Under the pieces are notes generated by a model, which was not told the DNA's origin, did not search any database, and saw only the letters and a program-made list of their open reading frames with translations. A stretch of DNA of 63,306 nt, filler included, from Lenisia limosa (taxonomy: Eukaryota > Protista > Breviatea), in the NCBI GenBank assembly GCA_001655205.1. It is 12 parts of 12 records of this genome, joined end to end, with 100 filler letters (N's around TTAATTAATTAA, not from the genome) between each part and the next. Parts side by side here need not be neighbours in the genome. Positions count along the whole stretch, not along the records: positions 24,072 to 31,769 come from LPNZ01009996.1; positions 31,870 to 35,029 come from LPNZ01000234.1; positions 35,130 to 43,108 come from LPNZ01007022.1; 9 more parts are not named here. One strand, 5' to 3'. The translations under genes were made by a program, and so were the position numbers. This document shows positions 23,972-36,242 of this stretch, piece after piece; positions within the stretch are counted from its first letter, which is position 1, and every line of letters begins with the position of its first letter.

Positions 23972-24192
23972 NNNNNNNNNNNNNNNNNNNNNNNNNNNNN
24001 NNNNNNNNNNNNNNNTTAATTAATTAANNNNNNNNNNNNNNNNNNNNNNNNNNNNNNNNNNNNNNNNNNNNAACATGCACAGATGGCATGAGCTGCTTCG
24101 GCAAGATGCTACCTTGTTGTTTTAATGTCATATGCTATTTCGATGTTTACAATACAGCGCATAATAAACCCCCCATGACGTCATGACTTCAG

Positions 24193-27100
24193 GCTGACGA
24201 GGAGCTGCTGATGGTACAGAAGCCACGCGAGACACAGACACAACAAGCCCTCATCCAAGCCGCCGGTGCCACTGAGGAGGATGTCACTATTAGTGGGGGG
24301 GGGGGGGNNNNNNNNNNNNNNNNNNNNNNNNNNNNNNNNNNNNNNNNNNNNNNNNNNNNNNNNNNNNNNNNNNNNNNNNNNNNNNNNNNNNNNNNNNNNN
24401 NNNNNNNNNNNNNNNNNNNNNNNNNNNNNNNNNNNNNNNNNNNNNNNNNNNNNNNNNNNNNGTTGTCTCGGATAGCAGTTAATGGTAGAAGAATAGGCCT
24501 TCCTTGGAGCGATTTACTTGTATTATTCTATTTTGTAGGTCAAATTTGTATAACAATTGGATATTACCAGCCACCAGCCGTATAACACCCATCATGGTCC
24601 AGAGCTGCAGACTTGTGCTCGATGCAAAGTCGTCAAATATTGTTCGCGCGAATGCCAGCGCGCAGACTGGGCTGACCACAAGGAGGAATGCGCCGCTTTG
24701 ATCCGCTCCGCACCCAAGGTGGGANNNNNNNNNNNNNNNNNNNNNNNNNNNNNNNNNNNNNNNNNNNNNNNNNNNNNNNNNNNNNNNNNNNNNNNNNNNN
24801 NNNNNNNNNNNNNNNNNNNNNNNNNNNNNNNNNNNNNNNNNNNNNNNNNNNNNNNNNNNNNTGAGTATGATGAGGTAGGCCCATGGAGAAAGTGTGCACA
24901 TAGTTGCAAGGCAAATGATTGGGTGAATTAAGACTATACTATATATTCAATATCTCTTATTAGCTTGATGGTGTGCGGCTTCGGCCAGATATTTTTAATT
25001 CTCATTTCTATTTATACATTGACCTTGGTAAGCCGACCAATATAATCAGATTTCCTTGCCGAGAATTGGTCAAACTTGCCACGTTCATGTATCATATGAG
25101 TATATTATGTACATAGTGGGGTAGAAGAAAGGGGCGTAGTATGGATGGGTAGTGTAGTTTTTATATCCTATCATATTAACCTTTCTCATTTTCTCTCCTC
25201 TGTAATTGGATTCGTGTCCGTTTTACAGCCTAGAAATCAAAAGCCATCAAAGGAAGTTGTCTTGACGATATTGACAAACTCACCCATGGTAGGCTACTGC
25301 TTTTGACACTGCACGTTGTGGATTGAAAGGAAGATATGCTCTTATAACATATTGGGAAATACACTGCTGTCAATCTCGTGGTTCTATGCATTCTCTAACC
25401 CCCCCCCCCCANNNNNNNNNNNNNNNNNNNNNNNNNNNNNNNNNNNNNNNNNNNNNNNNNNNNNNNNNNNNNCTCACACGGACGTTTTTGGCCAATGAGG
25501 GTGGGCAACTTCTGTCAGATTGCTTTGATAACTAGAACTGATAAGAGAATAATAGCTGAGTCCAAGAACAGAGTTATTCAGTTATAAAAAGATGACACCA
25601 CCGCTCTTCGAATATCCGTGGTATCATTTTAATGTCCCAACTGCTTTCATCTGAAGATAATAACAGCCACAGAAAGAAGCGAGGAGCTAAAGGAGCTTGG
25701 CGAGGGAACAGTCTTTGCCGGCACGGGCTCCAGTCCGATCACTTTCAATGTCAAGAAGATCGTGGAAACCCTGGCTAAGGTTGGGCGAGTTTGGGAGCGC
25801 AATTGTGGATTTTTAAATGGTGTCATCTTATCGTTTATGTTCTATAATATATCATATCATATCTCATACCCCCATACCCTAACAATTCCCCCTCTGGTTC
25901 GTAACTGATACTTTGTGTTATCTCAGAGTTTTATTTGTCTTAAAAACAGTATTTTAGTGTTTTGTTAGCCGACAGGGTTGATTTGGGCTTTTTTTTTTGT
26001 TTCAGAAATTTTCCAATTTTACCCCCCCCCCCCCCNNNNNNNNNNNNNNNNNNNNNNNNNNNNNNNNNNNNNNNNNNNNNNNNNNNNNNNNNNNNNNNNN
26101 NNNNNNNNNNNNNNNNNNNNNNNNNNNNNNNNNNNNNCGCCCGATTGGTTCAGGCCTCTATCCCTTCGCTGCCCTTCTTAATCACTCGTGGGGGGTGAGG
26201 GTTGGAAGGGAGAGATAAGTCTTGACCTATTTTCCTTGGGAACATAGCAAATCAGTCAAGACTTATCCCGGTCAGTGTATGTGATAATATAATCTTCCGT
26301 TCCCCTTGAAAACATCTAACCATCCCAGATGCCTGCCTACCGCGTCACCCCTCTTCGACGGGCGAACTCTCAATATCCGGGCCCGGGTCAGTATCAAAAA
26401 GGGCGAGGAGGTGGAGAGGGTCAACAAAACAAATAACAATCAACTCACTTTGGTAAATATTTGAGTTGGGATAACAACCAACTCACTTTGGGTAAATATT
26501 TGAGTTGGGATAACAAACAACTCACTTTGGGTAAATATGTGAGAAGGGATAACAATCAACTCACTTTGGTAAATATTTGAGTAGGGATATTTTACGGTAT
26601 TTTTAGAACGAAGTAAAGCCTTATATTTGAGAAACAACACGAGGAGTTGAAACAACAAAATATAAAAGGGATAGGTGTGGGTGTCAACATCCTGATGGGT
26701 TCCAGTTCTTGTACACCACAATTCAACCCCCTTGAGTGATGGGATACAGTGCTGCGGAAAAGACTGCCCTGGGCTTTTTTTGTTTTGCTGTTATCATCCC
26801 TCATGTGTTGTTAGCCAACAGAGTTGATTATGGCTTTTTTATTTCATAAATTTTCTTATTTTACCCCCCCCCCCCCNNNNNNNNNNNNNNNNNNNNNNNN
26901 NNNNNNNNNNNNNNNNNNNNNNNNNNNNNNNNNNNNNNNNNNNNNNNNNNNNNNNNNNNNNNNNNNNNNNNNNNNNNNTCAGAACTACCTGATGGAGGGA
27001 TACGGCTTTGCATGTCGCTGTGAGAGATGTAGAAATGTGAGGGGGGTAAACTCAATGTTTTAAATGTTTGACCTGAGTTTGAACCTTTTTTGACTCCCCA

Positions 27101-29400
27101 GCCTACCCTTGATCGCGAAGCAACGGCACTTCTGTGTGAATGTGGCCAACTTGTTCACGTCTCAATAAAGGATGCCAAAGCAGGTTCGGTGGTTGATAGT
27201 TAAGTAGTATGTAGTACGCCGAAAATCGTATATTTATGTCATAATTGACGGGATGATTTGGACTGCTTTGGCGTGATACTGATGATTATTGTTTCATGTT
27301 ATACATACCGTAACCGGGATTATCCTGGTCACTGCACATAAAATACAGCTAAACGTTTGTGGGTGTCTCTGAAGAAGTAGCAACTCAGCAAGGAGACACC
27401 CCCAGGACTAACATATCCAGTCTACGATTGCCCCTGTGACAAGCCCGCCATGGAGCTCGGACCGGACATGTTACCGCCCGTCGTGTCACGTGCACTTGAG
27501 CTGCTGAGGAAATCCCGGCTGCAGTCGGGGGCTGGAGACATCCAGAAGGNNNNNNNNNNNNNNNNNNNNNNNNNNNNNNNNNNNNNNNNNNNNNNNNNNN
27601 NNNNNNNNNNNNNNNNNNNNNNNNNNNNNNNNNNNNNNNNNNNNNNNNNNNNNNNNNNNNNNNNNNNNNNNNNNNNNNNNNNNNNNNNNNNNNNNNTTTC
27701 TGTTAACCTCATGTTTTTAAACAAGTAATAGTATTTAAACATCGTAGAACGCTAAAGGAAAGAAGTGGCAGAATTAACAACTCAGTTCATCATACATGTC
27801 AACACAATATCATATACAGACAATATTTTCTGCATATCATGTATATATAGTACATGTAATATTATTATATTGTATAGTATGTGTAATATGTATACATATA
27901 GTATATATATTACTACTTTAAACAGAATTCAAAATGATTTTTCGATAAATGCTCTTATAATATCGGAACGAAAAGGAAGCCCCATTAAAATCCTTACCAG
28001 TGCAGTCGTACAAGAGCATCAGGAAAGCTTACAAGCTCATTGACCCGATTGTTGGGCCCAACCACTTCGCACGTGGAATGATGTTACAGGTCTGCCGCAC
28101 ATAAACACACACACATTATCATGTGTACCTCCACACACACCCACAACATTCCACCTTTGTACCTCCACCCCTTTTTTAGGTACCAATATTTTTTTTTTAT
28201 TATTGTTTTTTTGGACAATAGTCAATCCCCAATAATGATTATTGAAATCATATACTGACTGGAGTAAAGCCCCACTGATAGAGCTGTAGCACAAGTCCTC
28301 AGTGGAGATAGGCCTTCAAACCTGGGAAACCGCAGCAAAAACAGCGGAGCAAGCTTGCAAACCTCTTTCAAATAAGCGGGGGATGGGCAAGATTTATTCG
28401 GCTGCCATAACTGCCTTTTTTCGTTTCATTTGTCTGCATAAGTTATAATAACTCTACTCACCCTCCCACTAGCTTACCCCAACCCCCATCCTATGGTTGG
28501 CCTGCAGCACTACCAGGCAGCCAAGATCCTCATGTAGGCTTTTGTAGCATCAATATTCATCAGTCTTGGAATTCAACGTTTCTGGGAGCAAGAAGTAATG
28601 TAATTATATAGTAGTATTGTCTAGACATGGTAAATAAATACAACTAATTGGGACACAATATTATACTTTGGGACACATGAATACAACTACCACCAAAAGG
28701 TGACACCTCGTACAGCAACCTCACCCCTTATTATTCGTTTTTTATCTGATGGAATTCCAGTGACTATTATAATTAATATCTTTTATAAACGTGATGGTGT
28801 GGACTACTTCGGCAATATGGTCCATTGTATTTATTGTTTCCACCTTCTCACCACTTGAGAGATGGGTTGTTTGTGCTCTAGATTAGTCTGGCGGACTTTG
28901 TTTTGTTGTTTTCAACCCTCGTCTGTTTCTCAAATGTTTAGCCAGCAGAGTTGATTCTGGACTCTTTTTTTTTTTTTTTTTTTNNNNNNNNNNNNNNNNN
29001 NNNNNNNNNNNNNNNNNNNNNNNNNNNNNNNNNNNNNNNNNNNNNNNNNNNNNNNNNNNNNNNNNNNNNNGGCACTTGGACCATATTTCCGCTGCTGTTC
29101 AACACATCCGAAAAGCCAAGGAGATTCTGGCAGTCACTCACGGGCGTGCGGTATGGGGCGCTGATGCAGCAGTATACATACCGTATCACAATAATGGATT
29201 TCCTGTGATCCAATATAAAAAATGTTGTTTTTTTTAGACGGAAGTACTGGTTATGGCTAAAGAACAGTGTATATTTTATTCATCTGCACCTTTTCTCGTT
29301 TCGCTTATGCATTTCTGAGTGTCACAGTTCTAGCATCCTCTGGTGGTTGAAATCGCGTCCAAAGGTGAGAAGCACAATGTCTTCTTCATTTATATAATAG
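24193..29400 (+). CDS. SMYD-family SET-MYND lysine methyltransferase (multi-exon, with gaps)
   Basis: MYND finger CARCKVVKYCSRECQRADWADHKEEC (24571-24718); SET motifs GSGLYPFAALLNHS|CLPTASPLFDGRTLNIRARVSIKKGEE (26137-26187, 26329-26410); post-SET YGFACRCERC; C-terminal IRKAKEILAVTHG. Confidence 0.9.
25945..26035 (+). repeat. Family B tail upstream of the SET exon
   Basis: TTAGCCGACAGGGTTGATTTGGGC...AAATTTTCCAATTTTACCCCCCCCCCCCCC, then gap, then exon. Confidence 0.88.
26214..26279. mobile_element. Family C MITE in the 141-nt SMYD intron
   Basis: GATAAGTCTTGACCTATT...AATCAGTCAAGACTTATCCCGGTCAGTGTA. Confidence 0.8.
26433..26590. repeat. Intronic minisatellite, ~41-42-bp unit x4 (AACAATCAACTCACTTTGGTAAATATTTGAGTTGGGAT)
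   Basis: Direct reading; units are contiguous with no unique spacers. Confidence 0.9.
26733..26876 (+). repeat. Family B repeat, full length, upstream of the post-SET exon
   Basis: GAGTGATGGGATACAGTGCTGCGG...TTAGCCAACAGAGTTGAT...CATAAATTTTCTTATTTTACCCCCCCCCCCCC. Confidence 0.9.
28860..28983 (+). repeat. Family B repeat, degenerate, upstream of a SMYD C-terminal exon
   Basis: GAGAGATGGG...GGACTTTGTTTTGTTGTTTTCAACCCTCGT...TTAGCCAGCAGAGTTGATTCTGGAC. Confidence 0.8.
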
Positions 29401-29699
29401 ATAATAACACCTCTTATCACACTACTTTCTTCGTTTCATTCTTATAAGTTCTCTTACAAATAGTACATAAATTTGTAATGGTATTTTGAGAGCTTTGTCA
29501 AGATTGCTGCATTCCTTTTTTCCAATATCCTTTTTTTATCGGTTGTATGCACTGTACCTTTTTTCGTACATCCAGTTTTTATCGTTTGTATGCACTATAC
29601 CTNNNNNNNNNNNNNNNNNNNNNNNNNNNNNNNNNNNNNNNNNNNNNNNNNNNNNNNNNNNNNNNNNGGCAGTTTACGATTGAAACAAAACAGGAAGAC

Positions 29700-30320
29700 G
29701 TTCCCGAGTCACACTAGGTGGCCACCTCGGTTCGAATCGTGTAGGTGACGTTATTGGACACCTGAGAAATAACATATGAGAGGGGGTGACGTCATTGGAT
29801 GATGGAAAAGAAACAACACAAGATTCAGTACGTTTATCAAATCATAGTACTGGAGAAGTGGATGCATGAACCTCAAATTTCATACAGTGATCCAAAGCCT
29901 CACTGTTGGTGGTTTCTTGGGAGAATAATTGTGTGCTGAAAATAATCTCTACCAGGTTGGCTGCCTTCTTTGGAGATTTGGGGGTGGTGGAATATGCTAG
30001 TAGTAAGTCAATTTGAGTTCCCCATGTAGACCTGCACGATGGTAGAGCACTGAGCGATGACCGGAAAAGAGCGGTCAGGGACGAGTGTACATGTTAAATT
30101 TATAAAGGAATTACATGTAGTATAGATTATATCACATGTCGATCTGACATTAATTATACCACGTGTTATATCAAACCAACAGTAGATGAACTTTAACTGA
30201 GACAGTGAAGTAGATGAACTGTATCTGAGACAGGGTCACAAAGAGGTCTCCAACTCTTGTCAGCGAAGGGTATGATGGCACGTAGCATGCTAGAGACATA
30301 GAAGCTGATAATGCTGACTG
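29700..30320 (-). CDS. Hypothetical protein, 3' exons (approximate)
   Basis: Open minus-strand pieces YSTTPKSPKKAANLVEIIFSTQLFSQE... and terminal CAG|VSNNVTYTIRTEVAT*. Confidence 0.4.
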
Positions 30321-31127
30321 ACCATCTGCCTTTTACCACTTCCACTTACAAGTTTCCCTTGAGGCAACAGACCAGACCATCTAGAAAAAAAAATTGGGAT
30401 TTTCAGCTTTAGGAACTTCATATTGCCACACGCCCAAGACTTTCCATTTCACAGAATTAAATTCATGGTTGTATACATATATATTCGTAGACTGCCGTTC
30501 CTCGCCATTTTTATTGTCTTCACCATTGCTTGCATTTTCTCACTTTTTTCTTGTGACCTCAATTCACCACAAAGCAGCCGTTTTTATCGATAATTTCGCA
30601 AGTCTTTTTTATAATAAAAAAAACAATATGGTGTTAACCCCGTATTAGTTGATGGGTGTTTTTGGTTTTCAAGCCCCCGTCTCTCGCAGTGTTTCTTGCT
30701 TCCGACCTATCCCCTTTATCCCTTCACCCTGGCATTCCCTTTATCCTTTCAGAAGTTGAGGCGTTTGGAGAGCTTAGACGTCTCTCTATGATGTAATAGT
30801 ATAAAAGGTCTCAAGTTTTGGAATGTACAATAGATGGTTTGATGTCCTGTTGAAAATAGATGGTTTGATGCCCTTTGGCTGTTGACATATTATGTACATA
30901 CAATAGCTATATCGATTAGTATGAGAGCGAAACAACCTCCTTTGTTTCGTTTCTGTGGTTTCGTTTAGCAAGTTAACTTTTGGTTCATAGATCGATACTC
31001 ATTTCCATAGACTTGACTGAAAAAAATTATTCAAAAGTGGCACCATAGCAACACTCCAGTATTCCTTGAGAAACATACATTACACCAAGACAAGCGAGTT
31101 GACTACCCCCTCGTCCCCCTTCGTTGC

Positions 31128-31500
31128 TTAGTTGTCAACCCACTCCATCGTCGCTTCAGAGGAGTAGCCAAATTCGGTCTTATACTCGTCAAACATGGCC
31201 GACATGGCTTCCTGGTATGTTTTGAAGGCCTTGTCAATCTGTGGGGTGAGGAGAGAAACAAGAGGCGGATTTGATGAAAAACCCAACGGGGGCTGGAGAG
31301 GAGAATGGAGACGATTGGAAATGAGAACGATGGGAGAGTGGGGGAAAAAAAAGGAAAATTGATGACCCACCAAACAACTTGGGGGTGAACTGAACAAAAA
31401 AGACAATTTATGAAACAAAAACAACCCAGTGGACCAGCCCACCATTTTAGCTGACGGGTTGTCATCCTGAACCAATTCAATCGGCTCCCCAAAGATCAGG
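31128..31500 (-). CDS. DGAT2/MOGAT-family acyltransferase C-terminus (last two exons)
   Basis: LIFGEPIELVQDDNPSAKM|IDKAFKTYQEAMSAMFDEYKTEFGY resembles the DAGAT C-terminal G.PI....P....ID..H..Y...L..LF..HK..YG pattern; exon 31128-31238 is in frame with the stop. Confidence 0.6.
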
Positions 31501-31600
31501 CCGAATCCACGACCTCTCGCCTCGCTGTCTCCCCCCGTCCTCTTGCGGGCTTCGTAGTATTGGTCTATGCCGGATTAGAACAGCGAATAATTGGTGGTAC

Positions 31601-31700
31601 AAGGGCTTCACTTTGGTTTGAAAAGAGACAAAATTTCTCAATAAATCCTCGAAAACTATCAATATTTTATCGGACTTTTTCGAGCCGAAGTGAAGCCCAA
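31601..31700. mobile_element. Family A MITE
   Basis: AAGGGCTTCACTTTGG...CCGAAGTGAAGCCCAA. Confidence 0.85.
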
Positions 31701-31709
31701 GGACAACCC

Positions 31710-31769
31710 CCTCCCACCTGCAGGACCATACACCTCCCACCTGCAGGACCATACACCTCCCACCTGCAG
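31710..31769. repeat. 23-bp tandem repeat (CCTCCCACCTGCAGGACCATACA) x2.6 at scaffold end
   Basis: Direct reading. Confidence 0.9.
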
Positions 31770-34365
31770 NNNNNNNNNNNNNNNNNNNNNNNNNNNNNNN
31801 NNNNNNNNNNNNNTTAATTAATTAANNNNNNNNNNNNNNNNNNNNNNNNNNNNNNNNNNNNNNNNNNNNGACTTTTTTTTTGGCTGTGATATTAGATGCC
31901 CAATTGTTACGGATAAGGCTTCTTCTTGTTGGTCTGACTGAATGTCTGGATAAATGATAAATATGGTCTTATTCTCTCTCATTGCAATATCCCCGGTCCC
32001 AAAAAGACGTAATTTCTAGATAAATCCTCGATAAATAAATATCGATAATTTACTGGTCTTTTTCGTTCCGTAGGGAAGCCCGATGGGATAATTGAGGCAA
32101 ATAAAAATGATTCTCTCACACGACTTCTAACTTTTCCCAGTGAAGGCTCCTACTGAACTCCAAACTGCCGCATCTCCCTAATTGTAAGGGGATTTCCTCA
32201 ATGATTTGTTGTGGATGTGTACGCGCCCTTGATTTCTGTCTAAGATGAATCCTCATTGTGCAAGATTTTTTTTTGTTGTTGTTGTTTTTGTATGTGGTCT
32301 TTTCTCACATTCTAGCTCCGAACGGTGACGGTGGTATAATTATTGACTTGTATAAATAAATTTATGACTTTACTCGGGAGCTTGTTATATGTTTGTTCTT
32401 GAAGAACAAAAAAAAAGGGGGGGAGGGGGAGGTGAAGATTAACCCAGTGGTTAACATCACCCTCTTTTGCGAACCCAGCACAAACAACCGCAAATGACAC
32501 TTTTGACAGTGGGTATTATTCTATGTAAGGCACTCAAGGCTTGTCAAGGTGGATTCCATTAATTCTATTAGGAAAGTTGGAAAATTCGAACAAACACAGG
32601 AAACCGATGAAAAGAGTTGCTGAACTTTGTAAAAAAACTGGAAATTTCCCCAAAAAAATTCCCCCGACCTGGCTCCTTCCGGCTCGACCGCGTCGGTCTG
32701 AAAGAACGACCCCCTTCATTTCAGGTTGGACCGGGGAACCCAAAAATGAAACTTCTGCCCTTGCCCTTCTGTCAACCCTACCCTGCTTGCTACTTGCAAC
32801 CACCTTCCCATTCTCATTCATTAACACAAGACAACAAGCCTTGCCGCTCCTAGATTAATAATCGACATTTTGCTATACTAATGCCTAAATTGGGTTCCTC
32901 TACAGCCACCTATTAACAGGTGCTGAGTGCAGAGAGACATTGAACACATGTACATGTTTTCACTGTTGCCCTTCACCTCTTCACATAAGTGATCAATATT
33001 GTAGTGGTGTGGTCGTGTCAATACACGCCCCTCCCAACTTCGTTATAACCTGGTTTGTGTGGGTTTGCTGGGTGTACTTGTGTCTGCATGTTTAATCATT
33101 GATGAAAATGTGATGAGTGTAATGAATCTTAGCCTTTGATCACACGGGAGTGAATAATTTCTTCTTCGATTGACATTTAGCCTCACCAGATAAGTAACTA
33201 AAATCCCAACATTAGCGCTAATCTCTAGCACTTTAGCGATTAAGATTTCGACAGTAAATTTTCATTTAAAACAGTTTCCTTTTTTTAGCGAAACTCTACA
33301 AGCCTCTTGCAACCATCATACAACAGGAATGGAGACCCCACCCGCTTCCCTCTATTTTTACCCCCTAGATGAAGGCGCCCCTCACTGCGGGGCTCACGTC
33401 CGTGCCCGGATCTGCTGAAACATGGCCTTGCCTCCCCTTCAAAGACCTGAAGTTATCATCAGTATCGTGTTGTCTCAACGGAGGAATTGCTCTCAGTAGG
33501 CTGGCTTTTTTTTCAGAGAGTAAAGTATCTCCAGAAACCCCACTAATAGAGACTAGCCTCTTACAAGTTAACTTTCACTTACGGCTCCGAAAATGACCGA
33601 ATGTGAGATTTTTCGATTTTTATTTTTTATTTTTTTGAACCGAAAGCTCCAATCTCATCATATCATTAACCGCTAACCCATTACGCAGTTGACACGGCTT
33701 CGGATGTCACCCTTGTCAGAACTACAGAATCGGTACGCGATAATTCTATGGATTTTGAGCTTTAGCTTGAGACAATCGTGTCAGAAATTACCGCAGCCGG
33801 TGTATCTATCTTGAGGTTAATTGCAAATGGTTGAGTCGATTAAAATTAATTCAATACCTCTTAAAATGAAGTGGACGGCTTCAGTCCAATAGACTCTTTT
33901 GTTTTCGATTTCTCCTTTTCTCAAGAGTATCAACTTCATAATATTAACATTAGTTGACGCTTCGCTATTTCAAAAACCTTTACTAGCTATATGATATATC
34001 GTATACCATAACAATAGGTAGAGTAGGTCAAGCCATAAACAAATGTTTATAATATATTTTTGCTGCGGACCTTATAACTGTTTCCGGCCAACTGATCACT
34101 TTATTTTTGAAGGTAACGGAAGGTACTGATGTTTCCGTAACAACTGTATTGGGTCAATTCGGCTCCAAATGTAAGTGGGTCGACACTCTCTGATCAAACT
34201 CTATTTATGCTCGAAAGACACTCAGAAAGACTGAATATCGAAAATTCCTATCATTTTTTTTTATTCCCGCCTACTTTATAGGCTGCCTCCGCTCTTCTCT
34301 CCTGCCCCTTTGACACTTCACTACGCTATTTTATTATTATATCATAATGCGATATCACCTTTAAG

Positions 34366-34961
34366 TAGGGCTTCACTTCCGTACGAAAAGACCTGTAAAA
34401 CATCGGTAGCTATCGAAGATTTATCGAGAAATTCAGTGTCTTTTTATGAACAGAAGTGAAGCCTTAGGTGTACCATGAGGGGGGCATGGAGGCATACAGC
34501 CCCCACCCGATTGTACCCCCTCCCAAAAAACTCTCCCCTCTAGGGTTTCACTTCAGTTCGAAAAAAGACTTAATTTCTCGATAAAACTTCGAAAATTATT
34601 GATATTTTTCTGGTATTTTTCGAACCGAAGTGAAGCCTGACCCCCCTCCGACCACCTAACTTTCACCATTGAAATCTCACCGCTTTGACGTTTCAGTGTT
34701 TCTTGTGTCGTTCTCCCTCCTTCTCCCGCATGGAGCAGCGTACAGGGTTGAAACCCTTGCTATTGAAGCCGATATTGGTGTGTTGGGGGTGAGGATTAGG
34801 GCTTAACTCTGACCCAGAAAATTATTGGGTTTCTAGATAAATCATCGTCTGATACATAGAGTATATATACATAATTATATATAATTATAATATATAATTA
34901 CTAAAATATTATATGATATATTTTGGTATTTTACCGATTGTTTTCGTACCAGAGTGAAGCT
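34366..34961. mobile_element. Cluster of three family A MITEs (34366-34466, 34541-34640, 34798-34961)
   Basis: Three TAGGG(C/T)TT.AC...GTGAAGC pairs; the second has flanks CTCCCCTC / CCCCCCTC; the third carries an internal AT-rich expansion. Confidence 0.85.
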
Positions 34962-35463
34962 TGGGTGGGGTGGGGGTGTATTGAGTTGGAATTTTGTATT
35001 ATTATTAGGGTGCCCCGCAATTAATTGACNNNNNNNNNNNNNNNNNNNNNNNNNNNNNNNNNNNNNNNNNNNNTTAATTAATTAANNNNNNNNNNNNNNN
35101 NNNNNNNNNNNNNNNNNNNNNNNNNNNNNTATAATTACACATTGTATTCACTCCCTCCAGGCTCTGGCTTCTTTCAAATACCGAACAATGCATTTGCTGA
35201 GTCTCACCCCCGCCAACCTTACGACACCCGAATCTTCACCCACGCCGGATCGCAACTTCAAAGTCGGCTCTCTCATTTTCGGAGCTATCCCTCTTTTTTT
35301 TGGAGTAGAATCTCGGAAACCCAACGAGCGATTTTACTAGTTGTTTCCCCCTAACAGTCCAGTTGTCATCGGTTTCCAGCTTCGCCCTGACTAACGAGGC
35401 ATCTTACACGGTCAGTTAAGCCAAGTGTTTTCTTTTGTTTTGCTGTCCCGGATATTTGGTTGA

Positions 35464-36000
35464 TTGCAATGCTTGATCCCAAGCCAAGTCAGTATTGTGA
35501 TCCAGCATTCTTCAGCTTGCGATTACGCTTTAGTCAGTGAACAGCACTCCAATGCCCTCAACCAAAGCGCCGCTCACACAGTCACAGTCCGCCTTCACCC
35601 TCAAGAAGTCGTCTGCTCCTCAGCCCACCGCCTCACCACCGCCGTCTCCGCTTTCCGTCGTCATGCGCCGGCCTTGGAATCCCTCCGATCCCCCCGAGCT
35701 GATTCAGAGTCCGGACCGGCCAGCTCGACTTCGAATCCCGAACCCCAATTATGAAAGTTAGGTAGATTAGGTTAGTTATTATCTCAGATGTTTTGTTTTT
35801 CTTTGTTTTCCATTGTCATGTATGTTGTTTCCAGGTGAAAAGGGTCTAGTTTTTATTGAGGGCAATGTTGCGGAAGAAAGTCATGTATGTTGTTTCCAGG
35901 TGAAAAGGGTCTAGTTTTTATTGAGGGCAATGTTGCGGAAGAAAGCACGGGTATAGCACGCACCAGGTCCGGTGGAGCAGAATTGGTTGGAACGACCTGA
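35464..36000 (+). CDS. Ser/Pro-rich C-terminal exons of a hypothetical protein
   Basis: ORF 35537..35761 low-complexity SAPQPTASPPPSP...; last exon EKGLVFIEGNVAEESTGIARTRSGGAELVGTT*. Confidence 0.5.
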
Positions 36001-36242
36001 AGTGTTAGTCAGGATGCGATGTCGGTTTTCTGGATGAAAAGCTCTTTTCACCCACCTATGATAGGGACAATGGGAGGGATGGGAGGGGGAAGTGGATCAT
36101 CTAAAGAGTGTGAGCTCAAAAAATCTTAAAACAGTACTTCACTCGGTGTACTTTAGAAAAAACAGTTGCTTACCAGAAGAGGGGTTGAAGCCTTCAAGGG
36201 CAGACTCATAAAAAGAAGAAAGAGAAGCAAACAAGGTCCACA

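Noticed and set aside
18983-24000. Functional clustering of neighbouring genes (e.g. PP4 next to the secreted protein or SMYD)
   Set aside because: Most neighbours are on different scaffolds joined by linkers, and nothing suggests a gene cluster.
26433-26590. ~42-bp repeats resembling a CRISPR array
   Set aside because: Units are contiguous with no unique spacers, lie in a eukaryotic SMYD intron, and no cas genes are present; this is a minisatellite.
29715-29750. GGTTCGAATC tRNA T-loop / B-box-like motif
   Set aside because: No T-stem pairing or cloverleaf; it is coding sequence on the minus strand (TYTIRTEVAT*).
31870-34300. Possible minus-strand gene in this scaffold
   Set aside because: No consistent exon chain or recognisable motif could be built by eye.
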